DNA of 64,000 nt from an uncultured Alphaproteobacteria bacterium (GTDB lineage: Bacteria > Pseudomonadota > Alphaproteobacteria > HIMB59 > GCA-002718135), in the NCBI GenBank assembly GCA_902540265.1, contig CACBLW010000005.1:30561-94560 (forward strand), in the 5' to 3' direction. Made by a program: the position numbers and the translations under genes. The notes under the pieces were generated by a model that worked only from the letters and a program-made list of their open reading frames with translations, was not told the DNA's origin and ran no database searches. This document shows positions 10,277 through 20,446 of this stretch, piece after piece. Numbering within the stretch: the first letter of the stretch is position 1; every line of letters starts with the position of its first letter.

Positions 10277-12073
10277 ATGAAACAAAAAAATTATCAAAAT
10301 TTAACAAAAAATACGCTTGGAAAACTGCCAGTTTGGAACCTCAAAGATTTATATGAATCTCCAAAAGCGAAGAATCTAAATAATGATTTAAATCAACTCA
10401 GAAGAATTACAAAAAAATTTGAAAAAAAATACACATATAAAATTACTAAGCTTAGTCCCAGTCAACTCTTAAAAGCAATTATTGAATTAGAAAACATTGA
10501 TATAAAAATTGACAAAATTATGTCATATGCACATCTCTTAGTTGCAGAGGACGGTAATAATGAAAAGAATAAAATTTTTTACCAACAAATGCAGGAACAA
10601 ATTACTAATATAGCTTCATCAATAGTTTTCTTTAGTCTTGAGTTAAATGAAGTTTCGAATGCAAAATTAAATAAAATCTATGCTGATAAGAAATTAGAAC
10701 CTTATAAAAACTGGATTAAAAATATACGAAAATTTAAACCATATCAATTAGATGTTAAAACAGAAAAATTACTTCAAGAAAAAAGTATTACTTCTAGATC
10801 AGCTTGGGTAAGATTATTTGATGATACAATTGCGTCACTTAAATTTCCATTTAAAGGTAAAAATTTATCTAGTGCTGAAATTTTTAATTTTCTTTCTGAT
10901 GAAAAAGAATCAAATCGAAAAAAATCTGCAGAGGTTGTATCTGGTGTTTTGAAAGACAATATTAGTTTGTTCACATCCATTACCAATAATCTTGCTAAAG
11001 ATAAATCAATCAATGACAAGTGGAGAGGATTACCAAGCCCAGTCAGCTCTAGAAATTTGTCAAATGTAGTTGAAGATGAAGTTGTAGAGGCATTGACTGA
11101 AACAATAAAAGAAAATTATCCAAAAATTGCTCATCGCTATTATAAAATAAAAGCCAAATGGTTTAAAAAGAAATCATTGATGTATTGGGATAGAAATGCA
11201 CCTCTTCCTTTTCAATCACAGAGTATTTATTCCTGGAAAGATGCTAGACAAATTGTATCTGATGCTTATTCAAATTTTGATCAGAGAGCTGGAAATATTG
11301 TAAATAAATTTTTTGATAATTCATGGATACACGCTCCAGTAATCGCGGGAAAATCTCCTGGTGCGTTCGCTGCTTCTACTGTTCCATCAGTTCATCCATT
11401 TATACTTGTTAATTACCAGGGTAAAGCAAGAGATATAGCAACTCTTGCTCATGAACTAGGACATGGAATTCATCAATATTTAGCAGGAAAAAAACAAACT
11501 TATTTTAACTCTTCAACACCGTTAACTCTTGCTGAAACTGCAAGTGTTTTTGGAGAAATGTTAACTTTTAAATCTCTTCTATCTATAACTAAGAAAGAAA
11601 ATGAGCGTAAAGGACTTTTAGCAAATAAAGTTGAAGATATGCTTAATACTGTAGTACGACAAATTGCATTTTTTGAATTTGAAAAGCGTATACATGACCA
11701 AAGAAAAATTAAAGAATTAAGTGTTAATGAGATTTGTAAAATTTGGATTGATGTACAAAAGCAAAGCTTAGGACCTTCAATAAAATTTAATGATGATTAC
11801 AAATATTTTTGGAGCTACATACCTCATTTCATTCATTCACCATTTTACGTTTATGCTTACGCTTTTGGAGATTGTCTTGTAAATTCTCTTTTTAATGTAT
11901 ACGAAAGTAAACTACCCAAATTTGAAGACAAATATATTACTTTGTTAGAAAGCGGTGGAAGTAATACATATGACAAGCTCTTGAAACCCTTTGGATTAAA
12001 TCCGAAGAAAAAAGATTTTTGGCAAAAAGGTGTTAATGTTATTGAGAGTCTTATTGACCAATTGGAAGAATAA
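10277..12073 (+). CDS. M3 family oligoendopeptidase (PepF-like)
   Basis: HELGH zinc motif, AETAS, HFIHSPFYVYAY. Confidence 0.93.
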   Translation: MKQKNYQNLTKNTLGKLPVWNLKDLYESPKAKNLNNDLNQLRRITKKFEKKYTYKITKLSPSQLLKAIIELENIDIKIDKIMSYAHLLVAEDGNNEKNKIFYQQMQEQITNIASSIVFFSLELNEVSNAKLNKIYADKKLEPYKNWIKNIRKFKPYQLDVKTEKLLQEKSITSRSAWVRLFDDTIASLKFPFKGKNLSSAEIFNFLSDEKESNRKKSAEVVSGVLKDNISLFTSITNNLAKDKSINDKWRGLPSPVSSRNLSNVVEDEVVEALTETIKENYPKIAHRYYKIKAKWFKKKSLMYWDRNAPLPFQSQSIYSWKDARQIVSDAYSNFDQRAGNIVNKFFDNSWIHAPVIAGKSPGAFAASTVPSVHPFILVNYQGKARDIATLAHELGHGIHQYLAGKKQTYFNSSTPLTLAETASVFGEMLTFKSLLSITKKENERKGLLANKVEDMLNTVVRQIAFFEFEKRIHDQRKIKELSVNEICKIWIDVQKQSLGPSIKFNDDYKYFWSYIPHFIHSPFYVYAYAFGDCLVNSLFNVYESKLPKFEDKYITLLESGGSNTYDKLLKPFGLNPKKKDFWQKGVNVIESLIDQLEE

Positions 12074-12075
12074 AA

Positions 12076-13422
12076 TTGATGAAAGATAAAGAAGCAAAAT
12101 CTTTAACAAAACAACTTACTAGATATGCAAAAGTAGGTGGTGTAGTTGGAAAATTAGCTACAAAGCTTGCAAGTCAAAGATATTTAGGGGTTAAGTTAGA
12201 CAAAGAAAAACATGCCTCTGAAATTAGAGCTGCCCTTGGAAGTATTAAGGGGCCATTAATGAAAGTGGCACAATTATCGGCAACAATACCTGATCTACTT
12301 CCTGATGAATATGCACAAGAACTTATGCATTTACAATCAAATGCTCCTCCTATGGGATGGTTGTTTGTTAAAAGAAGAATGGCAGCAGAATTAAAACAGG
12401 ATTGGCAAAAAAATTTTATAGAGTTTGATAAAGAAGCGACAAGAGCAGCTTCACTTGGGCAAGTTCATAAAGCTAAAGTAAAAAATGATGAAATAGTAGC
12501 TTGTAAACTTCAATATCCTGACATGACTTCAGCAGTAAGTGCAGATCTCTCGCAATTAAAAATGATTTTTTCAATTTATCAGTCGTATAATAAAGCTATT
12601 AAAACTGATGAAGTATATAAAGAGATTACTGACAGGTTAAAAGAAGAGCTAGATTATGAAAGAGAAAAAAAATTAATGTCAGTATTTAGAAATATTTTTT
12701 CAAACATAAATTTTGTTCACGTACCAAAAACCTATGACAAATTATCTACAAAGAGACTGCTGACCATGAGTTGGCTTGATGGAGAGCCTATTTTAAATTT
12801 TAAAAAGTCATCTAAAGAAACAAGAAATACATTAGCATCAAATATGTATAAAGCATGGTATAAACCATTTTTTGAATATGGTGTTCTTCATGGAGATCCA
12901 CATTTAGGAAATTATTCTGTTCAAAAAAAAGATCTTAGTATTAATATTTATGATTTCGGATGTATGAGAATATTTAATGGTAATTTCATTCAAGGTGTAA
13001 TAGATTTATACTTTGCTCTTCAAGAAAAAGATAATTCAAAAGCAGTTCATGCCTATGAGCAATGGGGATTTACAGACATAACTAAAGAAAAACTAAAAGT
13101 ATTAAATAAATGGGCAGGATTTTTATATTCCCCCTTAATGGAAGATAAAGTTCAAAAAATACAAGAAAGTGATAGCGGTATTTATGGAGCACAAATTGCA
13201 TCTGAAGTTCATCAAGAACTCAAGAAACTTGGTGGTGTTAAACCCCCAAAAGAATTTGTTTTTATGGATAGAGCGGCAGTAGGATTAGGTTCAGTCTTTA
13301 TGCACTTAAAAGCTGAAGTTAATTGGTATAGAATATTTCACGAACTCATTGAGGATTTTAACTCAAAAAAACTAATGGAAAACCAACAAAAAGCTTTAAA
13401 TTTAGCGAACCTATCAATATAA
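12076..13422 (+). CDS. ABC1/UbiB/COQ8-family atypical kinase
   Basis: KVAQ, AASLGQVH, VACKLQYP, ELDY, HGDPHLGN, DFG. Confidence 0.92.
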   Translation: MMKDKEAKSLTKQLTRYAKVGGVVGKLATKLASQRYLGVKLDKEKHASEIRAALGSIKGPLMKVAQLSATIPDLLPDEYAQELMHLQSNAPPMGWLFVKRRMAAELKQDWQKNFIEFDKEATRAASLGQVHKAKVKNDEIVACKLQYPDMTSAVSADLSQLKMIFSIYQSYNKAIKTDEVYKEITDRLKEELDYEREKKLMSVFRNIFSNINFVHVPKTYDKLSTKRLLTMSWLDGEPILNFKKSSKETRNTLASNMYKAWYKPFFEYGVLHGDPHLGNYSVQKKDLSINIYDFGCMRIFNGNFIQGVIDLYFALQEKDNSKAVHAYEQWGFTDITKEKLKVLNKWAGFLYSPLMEDKVQKIQESDSGIYGAQIASEVHQELKKLGGVKPPKEFVFMDRAAVGLGSVFMHLKAEVNWYRIFHELIEDFNSKKLMENQQKALNLANLSI

Positions 13423-13428
13423 GAACTC

Positions 13429-14550
13429 ATGCTCTTATCTGCTATTAAAGAAAATGATAACAACGAGACAAGAGTCTCTATCTCCCCTGAATCCGTAAAG
13501 CTTTTTTCTAGACTAGGTTTTGAAGTTATAATTGAAAATGGAGCGGGGGAAACTTCAGGATATCAGAATTCAAATTATGAAGAAGCTGGAGCAAAAATTG
13601 TTACTAGATCAGAATGCTTGAAGGCTGATGTTTGTTTATGTGTTAGAATGCCAAGCACTGATGATATAAATAACTTAAAAAGCAATTCATTACTAATTGG
13701 AATTTTGAATCCGTATGAAAATAAATCTGAATTTTCTAATTTAAACAAAAACAAAATATCATCATGTTGTATGGAATTAATTCCTAGAATAAGTAGAGCA
13801 CAAAGTATGGATGTTCTATCATCCCAAGCTAACTTAGCGGGGTATAGAAGTGTAATTGATGCAGCTGAGCAATTTGGAAAAGCTTTTCCAATGATGATGA
13901 CTGCAGCTGGAAGAGTAAATCCAGCAAAAGTTATGATACTGGGAGTAGGAGTTGCAGGTTTACAAGCTATAGCAACAGCAAAAAGACTTGGGGCAGTAGT
14001 ATCTGCTACTGATGTAAGAGCAGCAACTAAGGAACAAGTTGAAAGTCTTGGTGGAAAATTCATAATGGTTGAAGATGATGAAGCTCAAAATGCTGAAACC
14101 GCAGGTGGTTATGCAAAGGAAATGAGTGAAGATTATAAGAAAAAACAAGCTCAGTTGATAGCTGAAACAATTTCAAAACAAGACATTGTAATTTGTACAG
14201 CTCTTATCCCTGGAAAAAAAGCACCGGTGTTAATTACTGAAGAAATGGTTTCTTCGATGATACCAGGTTCAGTAGTAATTGATTTAGCTGTAGAAGCTGG
14301 TGGTAATTGTCCTTTAAGTAAAATGAATGAAATAGTGATACATAATGGAGTTAAAGTTGTTGGTTATGGCAATGTTCCTGGAAGAGTTGCAAAAGATGCA
14401 TCAGCTTTGTATGCTAAAAATATTTTTAACTTCTTAAGTTTATTAATAGATAAAGAAAATAAAAAAATAAATTTTGATTTTAATGATGAAATAATTAATT
14501 CTGTTTTGCTAACGCATGATGGGGATGTAAGATTGGAGCAATTTAAGTAA
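13429..14550 (+). CDS. pntAA: NAD(P) transhydrogenase subunit alpha part 1
   Basis: PRISRAQSMDVLSSQANLAGY, GVGVAGL, GGYAKEMS, DLAVEAGGNC. Confidence 0.97.
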   Translation: MLLSAIKENDNNETRVSISPESVKLFSRLGFEVIIENGAGETSGYQNSNYEEAGAKIVTRSECLKADVCLCVRMPSTDDINNLKSNSLLIGILNPYENKSEFSNLNKNKISSCCMELIPRISRAQSMDVLSSQANLAGYRSVIDAAEQFGKAFPMMMTAAGRVNPAKVMILGVGVAGLQAIATAKRLGAVVSATDVRAATKEQVESLGGKFIMVEDDEAQNAETAGGYAKEMSEDYKKKQAQLIAETISKQDIVICTALIPGKKAPVLITEEMVSSMIPGSVVIDLAVEAGGNCPLSKMNEIVIHNGVKVVGYGNVPGRVAKDASALYAKNIFNFLSLLIDKENKKINFDFNDEIINSVLLTHDGDVRLEQFK

Positions 14551-14551
14551 T

Positions 14552-14869
14552 ATGGAAGCACATTCTTCAGAAGTTTTTGTTATTGGACTAACAGTATTTT
14601 TCTTAGCTTGTATTATTGGCTATTATGTAGTTTGGTCAGTTACTCCTGCTTTACATAGTCCTTTGATGGGTGTGACAAATGCTATATCAAGTGTAATTAT
14701 AGTTGGAGCAATACTTGCAGCTGGTCCTCAAGGTTTTGATACTTCTAAAATATTTGGATTAATTGGCGTAGTATTAGCTTCAGTTAATATTTTCGGAGGC
14801 TTCCTCGTAACTTATCGAATGCTTTCAATGTTTAAGAAAAAAACAAAAAAAACAAAGGAAAAAGAATAA
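14552..14869 (+). CDS. pntAB: NAD(P) transhydrogenase subunit alpha part 2
   Basis: VTPALHSPLMGVTNAISS, NIFGGFLVT.RML.MF. Confidence 0.97.
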   Translation: MEAHSSEVFVIGLTVFFLACIIGYYVVWSVTPALHSPLMGVTNAISSVIIVGAILAAGPQGFDTSKIFGLIGVVLASVNIFGGFLVTYRMLSMFKKKTKKTKEKE

Positions 14870-16263
14870 TGTCTTCTAACATGGTTGCGATATTATATTT
14901 AATTTCTGCGTTATTATTTATCTTTGCTCTAAGAGGTTTATCACACCCTGAATCTTCAAGAATGGGTAACATTTTTGGTATAATTGGAATGATTATAGCG
15001 GTGTTTACAACGCTAATGTTCAAATCAGTTCTTAGTTATTATGAAATTGGAGCCGCGATACTTATTGGTGGTGCTATAGGTTCCTTTATTGCTCTCAGAA
15101 TTGAGATGACAGCATTACCTCAATTGGTAGCAGCTTTTCATAGCTTAGTAGGACTAGCAGCTGTTTTTGTTGCTGCTGCTGCATTCTATGATCCCGTAGC
15201 TTTTAGTATTGGAAAAGTTGGTTCGATTAAAACTGCTAGTTTAGTTGAAATGAGTATTGGAACATTTATTGGTGCTATAACTTTCTCTGGTTCAGTTTTA
15301 GCTTTTGGAAAATTACAAGGTACAATTTCAGGAAAGCCTATAGTATTCAAGTTCCAGCATCTTATAAATGCACTAATTTTTCTTCTAATTATTTTCCTGA
15401 TTATATTATTTGTAATTAATCAATCTCCAACAATCTTTTGGACAATAGTTATTGTTTCAATATTATTAGGTTTTCTTGTAGTAATTCCCATTGGTGGAGC
15501 TGACATGCCAGTTGTTGTTTCTATGTTAAACTCTTATTCAGGTTGGGCAGCTTGCGGCATAGGATTCACCCTAAGTAATAATCTCTTAATTATAACCGGT
15601 GCTCTTGTCGGAGCGTCCGGCGCTATATTAAGTTACATTATGAGTAAAGGGATGAACAGATCTATTATTAATGTTGTTTTAGGAGGTTTTGGCGGCGAGC
15701 AAGACACTAGTGCTAGTAAGGATAACTCAGATAAAATTGTTAAACAAGGTAATGCAGAGGATGCGGCATATATAATGAAAAATGCAGACTCAGTAATTAT
15801 AGTACCAGGATATGGAATGGCTGTAGCGCAAGCTCAACATGCTTTAAGAGAAATGGGTGATATATTAAAAAAAGAAGGAATAGAGGTAAGATATGCTATT
15901 CACCCAGTTGCTGGAAGAATGCCAGGTCATATGAATGTTTTACTAGCTGAAGCTAATGTTCCTTATGAAGAAGTTTTAGAACTAGATGAAATTAATCATG
16001 ACTTTCCAATGACAGAGGTTTCTTTTGTTATTGGTGCAAATGATGTAACTAATCCTGCTGCAAAAACGGATGAGGCTTCTCCTATTTTTGGTATGCCTAT
16101 TTTAGATGTAGAAAAATCTCAAAGCGTTTTATTTGTAAAACGTTCAATGGCAACTGGCTATTCTGGCGTTGATAATGAATTATTCTACAGAGATAATACA
16201 ACTATGCTATTTGGAGATGCTAAAAAAATGTGTGAGGATATTGTAAAAAGTCTTTCCGCTTAA
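14869..16263 (+). CDS. pntB: NAD(P) transhydrogenase subunit beta
   Basis: [55 protein letters not shown]. Confidence 0.98.
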   Translation: MSSNMVAILYLISALLFIFALRGLSHPESSRMGNIFGIIGMIIAVFTTLMFKSVLSYYEIGAAILIGGAIGSFIALRIEMTALPQLVAAFHSLVGLAAVFVAAAAFYDPVAFSIGKVGSIKTASLVEMSIGTFIGAITFSGSVLAFGKLQGTISGKPIVFKFQHLINALIFLLIIFLIILFVINQSPTIFWTIVIVSILLGFLVVIPIGGADMPVVVSMLNSYSGWAACGIGFTLSNNLLIITGALVGASGAILSYIMSKGMNRSIINVVLGGFGGEQDTSASKDNSDKIVKQGNAEDAAYIMKNADSVIIVPGYGMAVAQAQHALREMGDILKKEGIEVRYAIHPVAGRMPGHMNVLLAEANVPYEEVLELDEINHDFPMTEVSFVIGANDVTNPAAKTDEASPIFGMPILDVEKSQSVLFVKRSMATGYSGVDNELFYRDNTTMLFGDAKKMCEDIVKSLSA

Positions 16264-16457
16264 TCGTTGTTTCTTTTCGCAGATTTTCTAGCTCTTCTAA
16301 TATTTTCTTCTTTCTCTCTAGCGCGTTTCAAACAAGGTTTTTCATAGTGTTTGCGAAGTTTCATTTCTTTATATAAACCTTCACGCTGCATTTTCTTTTT
16401 TAGCGTTCTAATTGCTTGTTCTACGTTATTATCTTTTACGTTTACAAAAAGTGTCAT
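16260..16457 (-). CDS. rpsU: 30S ribosomal protein S21
   Basis: [26 protein letters not shown]. Confidence 0.97.
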   Translation of the reverse strand: MTLFVNVKDNNVEQAIRTLKKKMQREGLYKEMKLRKHYEKPCLKRAREKEENIRRARKSAKRNND

Positions 16458-16466
16458 TAGGTCGGG

Positions 16467-16495
16467 CTAGTAACATAAAGTCTTATTATTTGCAA
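16467..16495 (-). promoter_or_regulatory. Putative sigma70 promoter of rpsU
   Basis: TTGCAA (16495-16490), 17-bp spacer, TACTAG (16472-16467), GC-rich discriminator CCCGAC; ATG at 16457. Confidence 0.6.
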
Positions 16496-16551
16496 ACGGA
16501 TATATTGAATTAATCTATTGGTATATTAGAAAAAATACTTATATCTATTAT

Positions 16552-17082
16552 GTGTCTATTTTGAAAATATCAAAAATCGGTCATCCCATTTTGCTAAAAG
16601 AATGTTCTGAGATAAAAGAATTCTCGTCAGATTCTCTAAAAAAAATAGTTTATGATATGTCTGAAACAATGCTTGACTATAACGGTATAGGTTTAGCAGC
16701 ACCCCAAGTACACATTTCAAAGCAAATAATAGTATTTCGTAATCCTGATAATGAAGATAAAGATAAAATTGAGATAACACCATTAATTAATCCTAGTTTT
16801 ACACCCATGGGAAAAGAAACCGAGGATGATTGGGAAGGATGTTTATCTATCCCTGGTATGCAAGGCCTGGTTAGAAGATTTAAAAAAATTAAATATTCTG
16901 GATTTGATCTTGATGGTAAAGTGATTGAAAATGAAGTTGAAGGTTTACATGCAAGGGTAGTACAACATGAGGTAGATCATTTAAACGGGATTTTGTATAC
17001 ATCGCGCTTAGCACATAAAAATGCTTTCGGTTTTGAAAAAGAAATAACAATTTATTGGAAAAATGAAAAAAACAGAAAATAA
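16552..17082 (+). CDS. def: Peptide deformylase
   Basis: GIGLAAPQ, EGCLS, QHEVDHLNG. Confidence 0.97.
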   Translation: MSILKISKIGHPILLKECSEIKEFSSDSLKKIVYDMSETMLDYNGIGLAAPQVHISKQIIVFRNPDNEDKDKIEITPLINPSFTPMGKETEDDWEGCLSIPGMQGLVRRFKKIKYSGFDLDGKVIENEVEGLHARVVQHEVDHLNGILYTSRLAHKNAFGFEKEITIYWKNEKNRK

Positions 17083-17680
17083 AAAAAAAGAATATATTCT
17101 TTTAAAAGCTAAAAAAATTGTATCAATTGAAGGCTGGTCATCAGAAATATTTTCAAAATTACAAAAACAAAATATAGAAAAAAATGATTTATTCTATTTT
17201 TTTCCTGATGGATATAAAGATTTATTAGAATATGCTCTACAAAATATTAATGAAAAACTTGAATATAAATTAAAAAAAATTAATTTAATTAATTATCCAA
17301 TTAACAAAAGAATAAAAAAAATATTATTATTACGATTTGATATATTAAATGAAGATAAAGAATTTTATAAAAAAACTTTTAACCATCTTTTGCTACCCAC
17401 AAATAATAAAATTTCCAAAAAGAGTTTATATAATTCAGTAAATACAATGTGGTATTTAGCTGGAGATAATTCAACAGATTTCAATTTTTATACAAAAAGA
17501 CTGATTTTATCAGGAGTATATTCTAATGCCTTATTCGTTTTTTTTTCAAATGAAATGAAGTATGTTGAAGAAAATATCGATAAAAATCTTAAGAGAATAT
17601 CAAAAATTCCAAAAATTAAAGAAAGAATTTCTTTTATTAAAGATAACGCTCCTAAATTTTTAAAAAGTTTTTTAACTTAA
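17063..17680 (+). CDS. COQ9 family protein (rpsU-divergently transcribed protein)
   Basis: MWYLAGDNSTDFNFYTKRLILSGVY; located divergent from rpsU. Confidence 0.9.
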   Translation: MKKTENKKKEYILLKAKKIVSIEGWSSEIFSKLQKQNIEKNDLFYFFPDGYKDLLEYALQNINEKLEYKLKKINLINYPINKRIKKILLLRFDILNEDKEFYKKTFNHLLLPTNNKISKKSLYNSVNTMWYLAGDNSTDFNFYTKRLILSGVYSNALFVFFSNEMKYVEENIDKNLKRISKIPKIKERISFIKDNAPKFLKSFLT

Positions 17681-17877
17681 GCTATACTATCTGGCTCTAA
17701 TTTATTTTGAATTTCTAATATTTTATCTTTCAGGATTAACTTTCTTTTTTTTAACCTTTGAATTTGTAAAAAATCTACAGTATTTTTTTCTTGTAGCCTA
17801 ATAAGTATTTCATCAAGATCTCTATGTTCTTGTTCAAAATTTTTTAAAATTTCTATAAGTTTGTCAATGTCATCCAT
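17677..17877 (-). CDS. DUF465/YdcH family small coiled-coil protein
   Basis: EHRDLD...IQRLKKRKLILKD.I...PDSIA. Likely start is MDDIDK at 17877; the longer ORF overlaps pfkA. Confidence 0.88.
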   Translation of the reverse strand: MDDIDKLIEILKNFEQEHRDLDEILIRLQEKNTVDFLQIQRLKKRKLILKDKILEIQNKLEPDSIA

Positions 17878-17921
17878 GAAAATAAATAAGTAAAAATGTA
17901 ATAATAGTATATAAACGCCCT

Positions 17922-19007
17922 GTGGTAAAAAAAATAGCAATTTTAACAAGTGGTGGAGATTGTGCAGGTTTAAATGCAGTAATTAGAGCTGTTACATTAA
18001 GAGCACATAACAAGTACAATTGGGAAGTTTATGGAATAAAGGATGGAACATTAGGCTTGTTGAAAGAACCACTGGACGTTATCAAATTGAATCCACAAAA
18101 TTTTGAAGGTAGTTTAATGAGGATGGGTGGAACTTTTTTGGGATCAAATAACAAAGGCAATCCTTTTAAAAAAATTATTAGGAATGGAAAAAAAATTGAC
18201 TCATCTGATTTAGTTATAGAAGGTTTTAAAAAATTAGGAATTGATGCTCTAATCGGCATTGGTGGTGATGGAAGTTTGAAAATTCTTCAAAGTATTACAA
18301 AAAAAGGAAATATAAATTTTGTAGGTATTCCAAAGACTATTGATAATGATGTTAAGCATAATGAACTATCTATAGGGTATGATACTGCAGTTGATGTAGC
18401 AACAAATGCTTTAGATATGCTTCAACCAACAGCAGCAAGCCACAGAAGAGTAATGATTTTAGAAGTGATGGGTAGAGATGCAGGTCACATTGCTTTGAAT
18501 GCAGGAATTGCAGGAGGAGCAGATATTATTTTGATTCCTGAAATTCAATATTCAATAAAATCTATTGCTGATCACATTGAAAAACTTAGATCTAAAGGAA
18601 GAAATCATGCATTAATTGTTGTTGCAGAAGCTGTAAAAAAAGAAAACGGTAAAAAAGCTACAGTGAAATATGTTGATGGAGAGGTGCGCCTTGGAGGAAT
18701 AGGAAATTATCTTGGTGATGAAATCTATAAAATAACAGACTCTGAAACAAGAGTTACAGTTTTGGGACATGTTCAAAGAGGTGCTCAACCAACCCATAGA
18801 GATCGTTTAATTGCAAGTGCCTTTGGAGTTTATGCTGTTGATTTAATTGCAAAGAAAAAATTTAATAGAGTGGTTGTGTGGAAAGACAGAGGAGTACAAG
18901 ATTTGATGCTTAGTCAAGTTGCTGGATACTCAAAAACTGTTCAAAAAAATGATCCTTTAATTAAAGTAGCTGAAGGTCTTGGAATTTATATTGGTGAAAT
19001 AAATTAG
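17922..19007 (+). CDS. pfkA: 6-phosphofructokinase (probably ATP-dependent, group III)
   Basis: TSGGDCAGLN, GGDGS, PKTIDND, EVMGRDAG, LGHVQRG. Confidence 0.95.
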   Translation: MVKKIAILTSGGDCAGLNAVIRAVTLRAHNKYNWEVYGIKDGTLGLLKEPLDVIKLNPQNFEGSLMRMGGTFLGSNNKGNPFKKIIRNGKKIDSSDLVIEGFKKLGIDALIGIGGDGSLKILQSITKKGNINFVGIPKTIDNDVKHNELSIGYDTAVDVATNALDMLQPTAASHRRVMILEVMGRDAGHIALNAGIAGGADIILIPEIQYSIKSIADHIEKLRSKGRNHALIVVAEAVKKENGKKATVKYVDGEVRLGGIGNYLGDEIYKITDSETRVTVLGHVQRGAQPTHRDRLIASAFGVYAVDLIAKKKFNRVVVWKDRGVQDLMLSQVAGYSKTVQKNDPLIKVAEGLGIYIGEIN

Positions 19008-19762
19008 AAATTTCCTAATTTTTTCCAAATAAATGCATAAATTTTTAAAGGCAAATATCTCATTATTTTCACGGAAAAAACCAAAATAAAAGGAAAATAT
19101 ATTTCAAATTTGTATTTACCAGTTAATCCTTCAAAGATTTTTTTTGCAGCATAACTTGCAGGTTTTAAAAAAGGCATTTTAAAAGAATTTAACTTCGTTG
19201 ACTCAGTATCTATGAAACCTGGATTAATGACTGAAATTTTTATATTTAATTTTTTAAAATCAAAATATAAACTTTCTACTAAATTTAGTTGTGCTGCTTT
19301 GGTCATACCATAAGCACCTGCTGTAGGCATCCCTCTGTATCCAACTGGTGAAGAAACTATAGATATTAAATTATCTCTACCCTTCATATAATTTTTCAAA
19401 ACATCTATACAATTTATTGTTCCATTTAAATTAACATCTATTAATAAATTATAATTATTTATATCAAATTCTTGATTCTTGTTGGGTGAGTAAGCGGTTG
19501 CATTTAGAAGAGCAATATTAATTTTTGATATTTCGTTTTCTATGTAAGCAATAGTACTATCAACATCTGTGTACTTACTTACGTCACAAGCCTTATAGTA
19601 GATTTCATTATTACTTGTTATATTTTTTAATTTTTCGACAGCTTTTTTTAATTTGTCTTCATTTCTTGAGGAAATTATAACCCTCCAGTTTTCTTCTAAG
19701 AATTTTTGCGCTACAGCGAAGCCGATTCCAGAAGATCCACCAGTAATCCAAATAGTTTGCAA
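19004..19762 (-). CDS. Short-chain dehydrogenase/reductase (classical)
   Basis: TGGSSGIG, catalytic YGMTK, NPGFIDT, FKMPFL. Confidence 0.92.
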   Translation of the reverse strand: MQTIWITGGSSGIGFAVAQKFLEENWRVIISSRNEDKLKKAVEKLKNITSNNEIYYKACDVSKYTDVDSTIAYIENEISKINIALLNATAYSPNKNQEFDINNYNLLIDVNLNGTINCIDVLKNYMKGRDNLISIVSSPVGYRGMPTAGAYGMTKAAQLNLVESLYFDFKKLNIKISVINPGFIDTESTKLNSFKMPFLKPASYAAKKIFEGLTGKYKFEIYFPFILVFSVKIMRYLPLKIYAFIWKKLGNF

Positions 19763-20446
19763 TTATTGACCCCAATCATTACGAATTATTGTTATAATAT
19801 TTTTTTTATCATTAGGGTTTTTGAATTCCATTTTCATAAGCTCTTTTTCGAAATACCAAAGTGTATATTCTGGGAATGGACCTTTATCTTTTGGATTTTT
19901 TGATGCATTAAAAATATATTTGTTAGCTGATATCTCAATGTCATTGATTTTTATTTTTTCATCTTCAAGTTGCTTTACTTCTATGGTTCTTACAATACCT
20001 TTTTGAGTATCAAATACTTCTTTTTCATTTAACATTTCAATATTCCAATAATTTAATGGTACTATATTTATATCTAATTTTAATTCTCCATCCATACCAC
20101 TAGCAATAAATAAATTATCTACATCATTTCCAAGTATTTTATATTCTCGATCATCTTCAAAGTCTGTAAAACCATCTATTGATACAAATTCACCATTTGT
20201 CCAAGTTTCTTTAGTTTCTTGAAAAAATTTGTATGCTGGAAAAAATAAAACTTTTACATTTATCTTTAAGACTGAATGTATAATGATACTATCTTCATTT
20301 TCTTCAAATTTTGATATTAAGCTCCCTATATTTTTCTTTTTTCTAATAACATCATAACTTACCTCATTATCTTCTGGTATTGGAAATGGTTGACTAAAAA
20401 CGCTAAAAGAAAAAACAGATAAACAAATTATAAAGATATATTTCAC
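19763..20446 (-). CDS. Exported beta-rich protein, DUF6134-like
   Basis: N-terminal signal peptide; pattern YDVIRKKKNIG ... AYKFFQETKETW ... PLNYWN ... FDTQKG ... TLWY. Confidence 0.65.
   Translation of the reverse strand: MKYIFIICLSVFSFSVFSQPFPIPEDNEVSYDVIRKKKNIGSLISKFEENEDSIIIHSVLKINVKVLFFPAYKFFQETKETWTNGEFVSIDGFTDFEDDREYKILGNDVDNLFIASGMDGELKLDINIVPLNYWNIEMLNEKEVFDTQKGIVRTIEVKQLEDEKIKINDIEISANKYIFNASKNPKDKGPFPEYTLWYFEKELMKMEFKNPNDKKNIITIIRNDWGQ

Noticed and set aside
13575..14063. 162-aa antisense ORF inside pntAA (similarly 7449-7895 in pyk, 41932-42450 in argJ, 48228-48614 in ispG, 45602-45934 in lysC, 50120-50473 in prfA, and the other 60-120 aa nested ORFs)
   Set aside because: These are shadow ORFs overlapping well-conserved genes, with no recognisable motifs.
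17878..17949. N-terminal extensions in the ORF track (DUF465; also DnaJ 33294-33353, DUF4167 51868-51930, DUF2177 54918-54950)
   Set aside because: They overlap divergent genes or promoter regions and lack family similarity; downstream starts fit better.
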